Source of the DNA: a bacterium
Lineage (GTDB): Bacteria > SAR324 > NAC60-12
Reading direction: 5' to 3'
DNA: 27,591 bases
NCBI GenBank assembly: GCA_965233585.1
Contig: CBDDTI010000652.1
Location: 1 to 27,591 of the forward strand
In this document: piece after piece, positions 1 through 11,049 of the stretch
Position numbering within the stretch: position 1 is the stretch's first letter
Layout of the letters: each line of letters begins with the position of its first letter
Translations under genes and position numbers: made by a program
Notes under the pieces: model-generated
What the model was told of the DNA's origin: nothing
Databases searched by the model: none
Seen by the model: the letters and a program-made list of their open reading frames with translations, nothing else

Positions 1-439
1 TGAAGAGGGATATTTTCGCCAAAGCTCCGCGAAAGTTATGCGAAAGAGCGGGCGAAAGTCAAAGTGCATGTTGAAGGGGGTGGGCCAGTAAATCTTGCCG
101 AAAAACCTAGTCAGCAAGAATCTGCCCTGAGAAGGGATTCCGAGATGCTAGCTGCATGTTTAAAAGACAATCAAGAAGTGATCCGTGATTCTCTGGTGTG
201 ATTTGGCAAGTGGTGAATAAATCTTCACAAGAGGTGTTGTTGGCCAACATAGGCCCCGCGAAAAAAAAAAGTAGTTCGCGAAAGTTTCGCGAAAATAATA
301 TTTTTATTCGCGAAGAAAGGTCGTTCTCGGATAAAGGAATTTTGTTCAATTGCCACATATCAAAACGGTGTTGGCTCAGCATTATTCGTTAGTGATCTTT
401 TATCTAATTCTGCTCTGATTTATATATCTTTGGTTTATT

Positions 440-1037
440 CAGGCTAACCCCGTCCAGGTCGGCCTAGGTCCGCCTAAGTCTGCCCAGGTCAATCCCAACT
501 CCCAGGTTCTCCCAGGTTCTCCCAGGTTTTCCCAGGTTCTCCCAGGTTTTCCCAGGTTCTCCCACATTCTTCCAGGTTCTTCTAGGTTTTCCCAGGTTCT
601 GTCAGGTTCTGTCAGGTTCTCCCAGGTTTTCCCAAGTTCTCCCAAGGTTTTCCCAAGTTTTCCCAGGTTTTCCCAGGTTCTCCCAGGTTCCCCGTTCTCC
701 CAGGTCCTCCCAGGTTTTCCTAGGTTCTCCCAGGTTCTCCCAGGTTTTCCCAGGATCTCCCAGGTTTTCCCAGGTTCTGCCAGGATCTCCCAGATTTTCC
801 CAGGTTTTCCAAAGTTTTCTCAGGTTTCCCAGATTCTCCCAGGTTTTCCCAAGTTCCTTTTTCCCAGGTTTTCCAAGGTTCTCCCAGGTTATCCCAGGTT
901 TTCCCAGGTTTTCCTAGGTTCTCCCGGTTTTCCCACGTTCTCCCAGGTTCTCCTAGGTTCTCCCAGATTCTCCCAGGATCTCTTAGGTTTTCCCAGGTTC
1001 TCCCAGGTTGTCTCAGGTTCTCCCAAGTTCTCCCAGG
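440..1037. repeat. 10-bp tandem satellite (consensus TTCTCCCAGG)
   Basis: Dozens of contiguous ttctcccagg/ttttcccagg units read directly; more diverged units at 440-500. Confidence 0.95.
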
Positions 1038-1065
1038 AAATTAGTGATTTCCTGCGGTTTTATTG

Positions 1066-1250
1066 ATTTCCGGGATTTCCTTGGAGATTCTGGGTGTTAT
1101 TTTCTGCGATTTTGTGGGGTTTCCGGGATTTCCTGGGAGGTTCTGGGTGTTATTTTCTGCGATTTTGTGGGTTTCCGGGATTTCCTGGGAGAACATGGGT
1201 GTTATTTTCTGCGATTTTGTGGGGTTTCCGGGGTTTCCTGGGAGAACCTG
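1066..1250. repeat. ~52-bp minisatellite, ~3.5 copies
   Basis: gttattttctgcgattttgtggg recurs at 1096, 1149 and 1201. Confidence 0.9.
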
Positions 1251-1399
1251 GGTGGAAATAATTGGGGATGGGCCTGGGAGAGCTGCAAGAGTTAGTTCGG
1301 GGAAAAGTGGCTGGAGGGTGGCCCGCTATTTTGACCCGTAATTTCCAAATTTCTGCCGCAGGCATTGCCGCCCCCTTTGGCCTGCAGGTTTGCCACACT

Positions 1400-2200
1400 T
1401 TAAAATTTAATTATAAATATTACAGGGCTATAGCAAAATATATTACTAAGAATTTATTCATATTAATTGATATGTTTTAAAACCAAACACGGATAAAATA
1501 AATTATATTATTGTATTTTCCTTGAAAAATTATATACATTATATATTATATATGACAAATAAATATTATATAAATAGAATTGAAATTTGAGGAAATAATA
1601 TGGATATTAACTATGTTCCAATTATTTTATTAGGATTCTTTGCGAATATGAACATTTTTAAAAAAATATTTATTATTTTCCTTGCTGTGTACGATATTTC
1701 GGCCACTTTTAGGTATATATACATATTCTTATATATAGATAAAACAGGTTGTATCATGATAATAATTTTTCCTGAGATAATTTTCCATTATCTGATGTAA
1801 TTTTTTGTATCCCCGTTGTGATATGGGGATGGTGTGCTTTTTCCCGCATGATGTAACTTAAATACGAAATTTATATGGAAAATTGATATTTATGGTATTA
1901 TTTGTTTATTTATTTATTTATGTATTTATCTATATATATATATGTTCTTTTTTCTAATAAAATTTAATTTATTTAAATTTATTAAAAAATATTTAATTAG
2001 AAATAATTTATTTTTATTATTTTTTAAATAATATAAAAAAACATATTATATGGTTTTTAATTAAATATATACCTAATATATTAAATTAATATATATAATT
2101 TATTTTTATATTATATTTTAAAAATATTCGTATTAATTAGGTATATTACCAAAATTGGATATGTAAATAAAGTATTTCCAATATCTTCCTAATAATTATA
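1400..2200. other. Very AT-rich tract, probably hypermutated repeat DNA
   Basis: Abrupt switch to almost pure A/T; the adjacent repeat copy at 2200-2566 shows C>T/G>A changes. Confidence 0.75.
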
Positions 2201-2566
2201 TTAGTAATATCGTAGAAGGCGGTGACGAAATTTTAAAAATAGGAAACCTATAGGAGAGGTTGCTTGTTGTGAATTACGGATGGCAGAGCGAAGCCATTGA
2301 TGGACCGACAGGTGGATGGAATTATATTTTTCGGAAAGGTTATAATGGTTGCAGTGGTTACCTTACCACAATTGTTGGATATAGTGTGGCGTAGTGCAGT
2401 TGCAATTGTAGTTGTAGTAAAGTATCGTGGAGTTGTAGTTGTAATGTAGTGCAATTAGTGTAGTTGTAGTTGTAGCGTAGTGTGATGTAATTAGTGTAGT
2501 GTAATGTAGTGTAGTGCAGTATAGTATATGAAGTGCAGTGCAGTGTAGTGTAATTTACTTGTAGTT
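2201..2566 (-). mobile_element. 3' fragment of the CTACA-microsatellite element (same family as 13591-16479), AT-shifted
   Basis: Reverse complement aligns with ~16100-16478 (ccactgcaaccatt...ggtccatca...ttcgctctgccatcc...acctctcc...caccgcctt). Confidence 0.9.
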
Positions 2567-3221
2567 GTGTGATGACCCGAGCTGGACTGCCAATGACCGA
2601 GAATTGAAGCTGACCAAATTGCTCAAAGTCCAAGGGTTCGTTGTGGGGATACAGGCGAGTGAAGCTACCAAGATCATGCATGAAAAAGGATGGGACATGG
2701 TCGTGCTTCGAACTTTTCAGAATGCTGAATTGTTAACTCTGGTAGTTGGATCAAATGCAGATCCGCCACAAATGCGATTCACTACCAATTTGGGATCCTT
2801 GCTCATCACACCCCTAGAAGCACAGGATCGCGGACAAATTACTAGGCAGAAATTTACGAAAGATCAGAGTCTTGCCAAGGCAGGCACTGCCGAAAAGAAG
2901 GGTGACACCACCCCCTTAACGGCATCATCAAGTTCCAATCTTGCAGCGGATGATCCTTGGGCATCTGCAGCGCATGCAAACACACGTAATCGGATTGATG
3001 CTATGGAAAAGAAATTTGTGACCCTCAGCGCGCAGGTAGAAAAGCTGGAAAAGGGCCAAGAAACCACGAAAGAGCAGATTAGCAACTTGAAAGCCAGCCA
3101 GGATTCGGGATTTAAACAACTTCTTGACGCCATTGCTGATCTGAAACTTTCGAAACCAAGTGAGTCTTTGAGCTCAACCCCGGTTCCATCCCCAGCGCCA
3201 AAGGTGGCAAAGTATCATTAA
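2567..3221 (+). pseudogene. 5'-truncated ORF1-like C-terminal fragment of a non-LTR retrotransposon (coiled-coil tail)
   Basis: Open 218-codon frame starting right at the junction with a microsatellite element. It has DDPW followed by heptad-like RIDAMEKKFVTLSAQVEKLEKGQ...LLDAIADLK and lies directly upstream of an APE domain. Confidence 0.6.
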
Positions 3222-3736
3222 ACATCAGTTTATCTGAATGTTTTTCTCTGTGTTTGCTACTGTTTGGTGAGATGGCTCTGGGCTTTCTTTGTGGGTTGCA
3301 GGGCGTCTCACTCGCCGGGGTAGTTGCTTTGGCCCCTTTCTATTTTATTCTCATTAATTATTTGTACCGGTTTGGGATCCTCTGCTGTAAGATATCCCCC
3401 CGAAAATCTGAACAAGGGCGTCATGCCAGGAAACGACGCAATTTTGCCAGAAGAATGTTAGCCAGAAGCGCTCTCAATATCTTGCTCATTCAATCGTTTG
3501 TAATTCAACCATTCGCGACTCGACAAGCATGCGGCTTTGGCCGTATATTTTTTTGCTGTCATGCCTGCTCTTTCAATTTTTCTCCTGGGCGCGGGGCTTG
3601 CCAACCCTCGCCAAATCTGAACGAGAACAGGACGACACAATTTTGTCGTTTGATGCAGCTCACATCCTTCATGACAAGTCTGTTCTATTTTGTTCTTTTG
3701 TTTTCCCCATGTAAAAATTATCGTGATGAAGGGCCA

Positions 3737-5412
3737 ATGCAGATTGCTACATTAAATGTCACATCATAGCCCAAAAGGCTTGATACAGTCCTTAACTTTG
3801 CGAACTCGTGCCCTGATTTGGGTTGCCTCATTCTTCAAGAAACACGAATACCTGCCAGCCGGGTCAATTCTTTGACACTTCGGGCCAGAAATGCTGGGTG
3901 GGACCTTTTAGTTGGACATCAACCCCCAATCAGAGCGATTAAGGCTGATAAATTTTCTTTACGCCATTCATGGGGAGGCCTGGCTACTTTGGTTCCTCGT
4001 GACCACCCAGCACGGCTGTTATCATTTCAATCTGAATGGAGCCATCTCGAAAGAGTATATATGCCACTATGGATTCCTTCTGATGATGGGAAATCAGGAT
4101 TTATTATATTAAATTGTTACCTACCAAGCGGCCAATCTATAATTAATGAGCGTGAAATTTTGCTGTCGGCTATTTTTTGTTTTGCTTCCATTTTTGACAC
4201 ATCCCCCACAATGGCTGGAGGTGATCTCCAATGTGCTCCAGAGGATTCCAGTGCACTTACGCAAATATTGGCTTCCAATCGGTGGTCAGATTTTTATGTC
4301 GATAGTTGCAGATCCAGGAACTTAGAGCCCGAGGCCACCTACTCAGGAAATGGGTGGGCGTCAGACTTTCGGGGTTTGAGGAAAAACTCGAATCGACCAT
4401 CTCTTTTTGAACGATTTGGCAAGATCAGCAGCAAAAGAAGCAAGCATCTTTCGAGGTCCAGTTGTGCCTGGTCACTTTCCAATCCTTATAAGATTAGAGT
4501 ACCAGATTTTCCATGAGATGGTTTTTGGGATTAAATAACAACCTCAATGGAATATTCCCGCCAAACCTTGTTCTCAAGAAAAATGGGATGAAAGGGATGC
4601 CATTTGCCACCCGATCCTAGCAATTTATATTCCTTCGTTTGTTCGGGCAGCTGAAAAGGGTGACCCCCAAACTTTCTGGGATAGTTTGACCCGTATGATG
4701 ATGCACGAGATGCTAAATTGTATAGCTGGCCAATTCATTCAGTCACGTAGGGCTGATATTCCGGTTTTTGAATAAAAATCATTCGTTCCATCACCGTATA
4801 AGCAAAATCAATATCAATAAATTTCTTTAAAGAGTTATAAATAATTACATGAATTATCCAAGAAAAACCAAAAAAAACATGAAAATAATCCTGTCTGGAT
4901 AACTCACCTGAAGAGGACTTTGATTAATACCTCCAAGGATTTGGGGACTTTAGGATGCACGATTCCTACACAAGGGTTCTCCCAACAACAAGTCTCTGAA
5001 TTCCTTAATGCTGCCAACCAGGCATTGACAATATATGATTTCGACAAATAAATGCAGGACTAGATTAAAATCATTCATGAGTGGAAAAATCGACTTCGGA
5101 TTTCCAATTCTGCGGATAAGAGGGAATTTTTTCGATGGTTAAAAGGGGTTACCCCTTCGCTCCCCAAATATTTCTTCGCCCTGATGGATCTTTAACTGAT
5201 AATCCTAATGAAATTCTTTCCCTCCTGAAAGATCATGCTGAAAAAAATTATAGCCATCATCGGAATACCCGTGAAGATGCACTTTTCGCACAATTTGTGA
5301 ATTTGTTTCAGGATGAAATCAATAATTTGAAGAATTCAATTAAATTTACCCCTTTTGATATGGTTAACACCTGGAATTTTTTCCAGAAAAAACCCGCCAA
5401 CAAAGCCACGGG
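3737..5412 (+). pseudogene. Decayed LINE ORF2: APE/EEP endonuclease plus linker, truncated just before reverse transcriptase
   Basis: Motifs IATLNVTS*, LILQETR, GGLATL, LNCYLPSG and GGDLQ; after a frameshift near 4375, TRIDHLF and PGHFPI. Further on LRPDGSLTDNPNEILSLL and KKPANKATG (pre-RT KA-G-DG position). Multiple stops and frameshifts. Confidence 0.88.
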
Positions 5413-5499
5413 TTTGGAGGAAAAGGCTTGATGATGAGGACAAAATTCTGTTTTGTAAATGGGGTTTGTTCAACAGGCTGAGGGGGGTTGGCATTGGCA

Positions 5500-6355
5500 G
5501 AATTCATTGTAATCTACCTTTTCATTTTAAAATACGGCGATTTTTTTCTTCAATTGGCGGAATTTTTTTTATGTTCCAGCTAAAATAGCGCCATGTTTTT
5601 TCTCATCGCGCGGTACCATTTTATGGGCATTTTGGTTTTTGAGTTGGGCCGTGGGTTTACCTCTCATTTTCGGACATCCCAATATATATATATATTTATT
5701 TATATATATATATATACATGTAATATATTATATCTAGAATAAAAATAAAGAAAAATGATCCGAAAGAATTTACATGCGATCTAAGGGATATAGATAACGC
5801 AACATATTTTCAAGGTATTACAATGAAATCTTATTTTTTTTCAAAATATATTTTTCAAAATATATTGAAAAATAATATGTTTATCCATAAATTTTGTCCA
5901 TAATTAATTTTAAAATATTTAATAATTTATTTTCAAGGTATGACAATGACATTTTAAATGATGTAAATGCGATTTTAGGGATATAAATTCCGTAATTTAT
6001 TTTTGAACCCATCGAAAAAAAATTGGCATTTAAATAAAATTTAAGGAATATAGATGGCATAATACATTTTTAGGATAAAATATATAGGGTAATTATATAT
6101 ATATATACAATACAAAGATATATAATCTATAATATAAACAAACAAAAATAATCGGAAATATAATAAATTTAGTTAACAATAGCCTTATATCCATCTATTG
6201 CAGTGGTAATTATATCATCTATTTTTTCATTTCAAAATAGGGTGATTTTTTCTTCAATTGGGCGAATTCGTTTTTTGTTCCAGCTAAAATAGTGCCGATT
6301 TCTTTCTCACCGCGCGGTGTTATCTTATAGATATTTTTATTTTTGAGTTAAGCCA
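5500..6355. repeat. Diverged ~150-bp direct duplication (~5500-5650 and ~6205-6355)
   Basis: Shared tgttccagctaaaatag at 5572-5588 and 6276-6292, plus ttcttcaattgg and cgcgcggt in both copies. Confidence 0.85.
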
Positions 6356-8300
6356 TCTACTTTTAGGGGGGTATAAGGCCTAAGATTCTTGAGGAAACAT
6401 TTGGCTGAAATCTGGCTAAAAAAATAAATTTCAATTCCTATAAAAAAATAATAATTTTAAAATAATTGGTATAATTAAAAATACGAAAAAAAACCTAAAA
6501 AAATATCATATATTTTTATATTATTAATAATATTAGAATAAAATTTTTAAATAAATCAAGTCTAAAATAAAAAAAATATATTTCTGGTAATATAAACATA
6601 TTATATTATAAAATATAATTTAATAAAATTAATATTTTTAAAATATAATTTATATAAAACCATCTTCAATATTTAGGTTTTAAATACTATAAAAAAAATG
6701 TAATAAAAATAACATTTTCGTAAATATATTCTTTAAATTTAAAGATTATAAATATATAAATAAAATTTCTATTCGAATTTTTCTTCAAAATTTAAAAATT
6801 AAAAATATAATAATAAAATATTTATATAAAATTTTCCTCAAAAAATAAAAATAAAATTATATAAATTTTAAAAAATATAATTTAATTCTAAATTACCCAG
6901 AACCATCGGGGTTGCCATTACCCAGGACAACCTATACCCCAGATTTTATAAATACGATTCTAATTTTAAAATATAAATTACAAAAATATAATTAATCAGG
7001 AAAAAAAACCTATAAATATAAAAAAATATTCCAGTTAGAAAAAATACTCCTACAAAAGCCTGAGGATTTTACAACCTATTTTTTTTTTTCCTTTTTAAAA
7101 TAGCCTTAAATTTTCATAATACCTTTGTAGGGGCCTTGTTCAAATATTGGTTAATAATTTCTGTAGTAAAATTTAAGATTCTTTTTCTGGATAGTCCAAG
7201 GATATAGGTTATTTTTAGAATAAATCCGGGATTAATTTTTTTTTCTTAATTAATTATTCTGACCAATTTAAACGGTCGTATTTTATTTTAAAAAATCAAT
7301 ATAAAATTAACTAAATTTATTATCCAAATTAAGGTTATTAAACACTCCCATTATACCAAGATTTACCAAATTTCTTTTTCACGGTTTTCGCGATAGATTA
7401 TTTTTTATTATTTTTCTGCATAGCTAGGCTATATACAGAAACGATTAAAAATAATCCTATAAGTCCTTAATTTTATCTATCCCTAATAAACATACATATA
7501 AATATATGAAAATATATAATAATTCTTAGGAAAATATTAGTATAATGTTAACTAAAAATAATTTCCATAAATTTGTAAAATAAATAATTTCTAATGTAAT
7601 TTTTCTCCCGAAAATTAAAATTAGGTTTAATAATATTATAATATAATTTATAACTACAGGTTTTTTGGATATAATTTACCTATAAATTATATTTAGCCAC
7701 AATTTAGCCATTAAATAAATTCCTAATTTTCCCAATAAATTTATTTAAACATATATATAATATAAATTATTTTTATAAACCAAATAAACATACCTATAAA
7801 ATTCTCTTTATATTACAAAATCCCAATACATAATAAGGTAAATCCTATAAAATAAAATTTTAAAAATTTTTTATAAAAAATATATATTCTCAGCTTTTAA
7901 AAACAAAATAACATCCTCAATTCAAAATCATAACAAATAACAACAATAAAATATTTCCCAATTATTTTCAAAAATATAATTTATTCTATAAATTACAATA
8001 TTTCATACATCCATTAATTTCCAAAAATATATTTCGAAATTTTCCTCAATATATTTAAAAATTAAATGTATTTTTTTTATACAAAATATAATATAAAAAT
8101 TTAAAATAATAAATAAATAATTATAATTTATATTAGAAACATCCCTCAAAATTTCATTATAAAAAAATAAAAAATATAATTTTCATACGAAATTTCCTTC
8201 TATTTTTTTAAATTATAATCGTAATATAATATAACATCTCTTTGTTATAACATGTTATAAGATATCTTTTCTAAAATATACTATATCTTTACTATAACAT
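5680..8300. other. 2.6-kb extremely AT-rich tract
   Basis: Almost pure A/T with no ORFs in the track; grades into a recognisable satellite at its right edge. Confidence 0.85.
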
Positions 8301-8862
8301 ATTATGCGATCTTTTTGTTGTGATATATTATAAGATTTCTTTGTTGTGAAATCGAGATCTCCTTGTTGTGAAATTTCTTTGTTGTAAGGTCTCTTTGTTG
8401 TAAGATTATTTTGTTGTGATATGTTGTAAGATGTCTTTGATGGGAGATTTCCTGATTGTAAGATATCTTTGTTGTGAGATCTCTTTGTTGAGAAATTTCT
8501 TTGTTGTGAGATTTCTTATTGTAAGGGTTGTTTGCTGTGAGATCTCTTTGCTGCGAGGTCTCTTTTCTGGGAGATCTCATTGCGATAATATCTCTTGGCT
8601 ATAAGACCTCTTTGCTCTGAGATCGCTTTGCTGTCTGTGAGACCTCTTTGCTGTGAGATCTCTTTGCAATAAGATCTCTTTGCAGTGAGATTTCTTTGCT
8701 GTAAGACCTCTTCGCTGTGACATGCTGTGAGATCTCTTTGCTGTGACATGCTATGAGATCTCTTTGCTGTGAGACTTCTTTGCCGTAAGATCTCGTTGCT
8801 GTGAGATCAATGACTTCCAAAGATCCGTAACACGGAAGTTAGACCTTCAAAATTCCTTTGAT
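8225..8862 (-). mobile_element. Element carrying a 16-bp satellite (GAGATCTCTTTGCTGT) and ending in a GGAAG..AACTTCC hairpin terminus
   Basis: 16-bp periodicity from ~8300 to 8810. The reverse complement of 8833-8858 matches 13592-13617 at 21/26 positions. Confidence 0.75.
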
Positions 8863-9285
8863 CATGATATTTCATTTTTCTATAAAGCAATATTATAAGA
8901 ACTAATACTAATTTGGCCATACTGTTTATTTGTAACATCCTTTAATATATTTTTAAACATACATGAAATATCTATCTGCTTCTAATATTTTATAATCTCT
9001 TAATATTTTTATTTCGAACCTGGATGAGGAATATTATAAGCAATATTCAGCAATTATGTGAAAGTATGTGCGGATATGATTCAAAAATATGTAAGTGGCC
9101 TTGAATCTCAGCAGGAGCCGCTGCCATCTCGGAATTGCTGCCAGAAACGGCATCAAGCCTTGGCGTCCCCGGCGCACAGCAATCCTGCAAAAAAAAAGAT
9201 ACGTGAACCAATCGTGATGAACCAATGGCACCCGCTCTCTCAAACTAGCACAAATGAACACACACACACACAGAGACAGCCACGC

Positions 9286-9608
9286 ACACACTGTGGGGTA
9301 ATGGTGAGTAGAAAGTGTGAATGATGTCATAGTCTTCGCCTGATTTCCTGAGTTGCCTGGCAGTAGATTTTCAGCGGACACGGATTCGCGATCGAAGAAA
9401 CAACGCACAGCTCATACACAAAAACAGAAAGTCAACAGTTGAAGCATGTTGAAACTATAGCAGGTACGTAGATCAGGCGTCCCTGACCTATATCCTTACC
9501 ACATGTCACCCAGCTTCGTTGGCAGAGGAAGTGACATGGGCACCTCTGCCCCCTGCTTTTGAGAATTGTACAAGCGCAATAAACAGAACTAAAACCGTTT
9601 GTTATAAC
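9286..9608 (-). repeat. Direct repeat A, copy 1 (323 bp)
   Basis: Near-identical to 10720-11042 (2 substitutions seen); (CA)n on both sides. Confidence 0.95.
9460..9556 (-). ncRNA. Putative pseudoknotted structured RNA, type A (also at 10894-10990)
   Basis: Plus-strand coordinates. Outer stem GCAGG 9460-64/CCTGC 9552-56. Stem GGCAGAGG 9521-28/CCTCTGCC 9543-50. Crossing stem CATGTCAC 9502-09/GTGACATG 9531-38. Hairpin 9469-9490. Same topology as the type B motif. Confidence 0.75.
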
Positions 9609-9669
9609 GGTGTACACACACACACACAATGGCCCCGAAATGGGGCAAAACCGCAAACCGCCTAGTTTT

Positions 9670-10410
9670 TACCTAAGAAAACGGACCTAAAGAGCCTGCC
9701 TAAGAGAATGAATACCTGGCCTAAAAGAACCTGATGACGATGACGAGTGATGTGAAAAGCAAAAAGTTAAACCGAGTTCGATAAGTCGTAAATCCTAACA
9801 TTAAAGAAAATGCGCATGCAAAAGCTGTACGTTTGAGTTCAAAAAGAAAACGATGCACAAGACTGTACGATAAAGCCTTTCAGCCAAGACCTCATTTGTA
9901 ATTCCATCTCATCGTCAAGAACAAATAATCGTACAGGTACATTGGCAAGTGAAAGTTCTGAGTTCCGGAACTGCAGAATGAGCTTGAGTTGCTGCTGAGC
10001 TCTTGACCGAAAAGGTTCCGACAAGTTTCGGCTCAATCTACATAACAAAATTCCCTGATTCATCAAAACATGATTGATTCATCAAACCTAAACTGTTTGC
10101 TATATAGTAACCTAAGGAGCCTGCCTAAGCGAGTGAATACATAGCCTAAACAGAACCTGATGACGATGATGAGTGATGTGAGAAATAAAACGTTGAACCA
10201 TGTTCTATACCTAGTAAAACTGACCTAAGGAGCCTGCCTAAGAGAATGAATACATGGCCTCAAAAGAACCTGATGACGATGACGAGTGATGTGAGAAACA
10301 AAACGTTGAAACATGTTCTATACCTGGTAAAACAAACCTAAGGAGCCTGCCTAAGAGAATGAATACATGGCCTAGAAAGAACCTGATGACGATGACGAGT
10401 GAGGTGAAAA
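9670..10410. repeat. 113-bp repeat family (one copy ~9685-9770; tandem copies at ~10110, 10223, 10336)
   Basis: acctaa(g/a)gagcctgcctaag...gaacctgatgacgatga(c/t)gagtga occurs four times. Confidence 0.9.
9839..10066 (-). pseudogene. Possible ORF remnant of the A-flanked element (Penelope-like retroelement protein?)
   Basis: Protein-like peptide LCRLSRNLSEPFRSRAQQQLKLILQFRNSELSLANVPVRL...RSWLKGFI lies between the A repeats. A basic peptide (MTKSRFYTVKSNRSSHKAKKP*GRSF...) lies upstream on the same strand at ~10410-10580. No catalytic motif seen, so the family is inferred only. Confidence 0.35.
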
Positions 10411-10719
10411 TGCTACTGAGACTCCGACCAGACCAAAAGCACTTGTATTGCACCCGTGGTGCTGGGAACTTCGGCTTATGTCTGCTTTGTCCGAACTGGA
10501 CGAAACTTCTGCCTTATGGCTTCTTCGCCTTATGGCTGCTTCGATTGGATTTTACAGTGTAAAATCTTGACTTCGTCATATGACGCTTGAAATGCACTCG
10601 AAGTGCATACGGCTTCGGAGATTCATACTCCACTCTGAATACGGGAAAATGCCCGCTCATGACTTTTTGATTGGTCGAAACCAACCGACGGTGCGACCAA
10701 GTCAGGTCAAACACCCAGG

Positions 10720-11042
10720 ACACACTGTGGGGTAATGGTGAGTAGAAAGTGTGAATGATGTCATAGTCTTCGCCTGATTTCCTGAGTTGCCTGGCAGTAG
10801 ATTTTCAGCGGACACGGATTCGCGATCGAAGAAACAACGCACAGCTCATAAACAAAAACAGAAAGTCAACAGTTGAAACATGTTGAAACTATAGCAGGTA
10901 CGTAGATCAGGCGTCCCTGACCTATATCCTTACCACATGTCACCCAGCTTCGTTGGCAGAGGAAGTGACATGGGCACCTCTGCCCCCTGCTTTTGAGAAT
11001 TGTACAAGCGCAATAAACAGAACTAAAACCGTTTGTTATAAC
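10720..11042 (-). repeat. Direct repeat A, copy 2
   Basis: Offset 1434 bp from copy 1 at both ends. Confidence 0.95.
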
Positions 11043-11049
11043 ACAGACG

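Noticed and set aside
440..1037. 10-bp satellite as a telomeric repeat
   Set aside because: The unit TTCTCCCAGG is not TTTAGGG/TTAGGG-like and is internal and degenerate.
5680..8300. AT-rich tract as an organellar insertion or contaminant
   Set aside because: No ORFs, tRNA or rRNA seen, and it grades continuously into nuclear repeats; an assembly artefact is not excluded.
9730..10410. CTGATGA...GAAA in the 113-bp repeats as hammerhead ribozymes
   Set aside because: The segment between CTGATGA and GAAA (cgatgacgagtgatgt) forms no stem II, and no stems I or III are evident.
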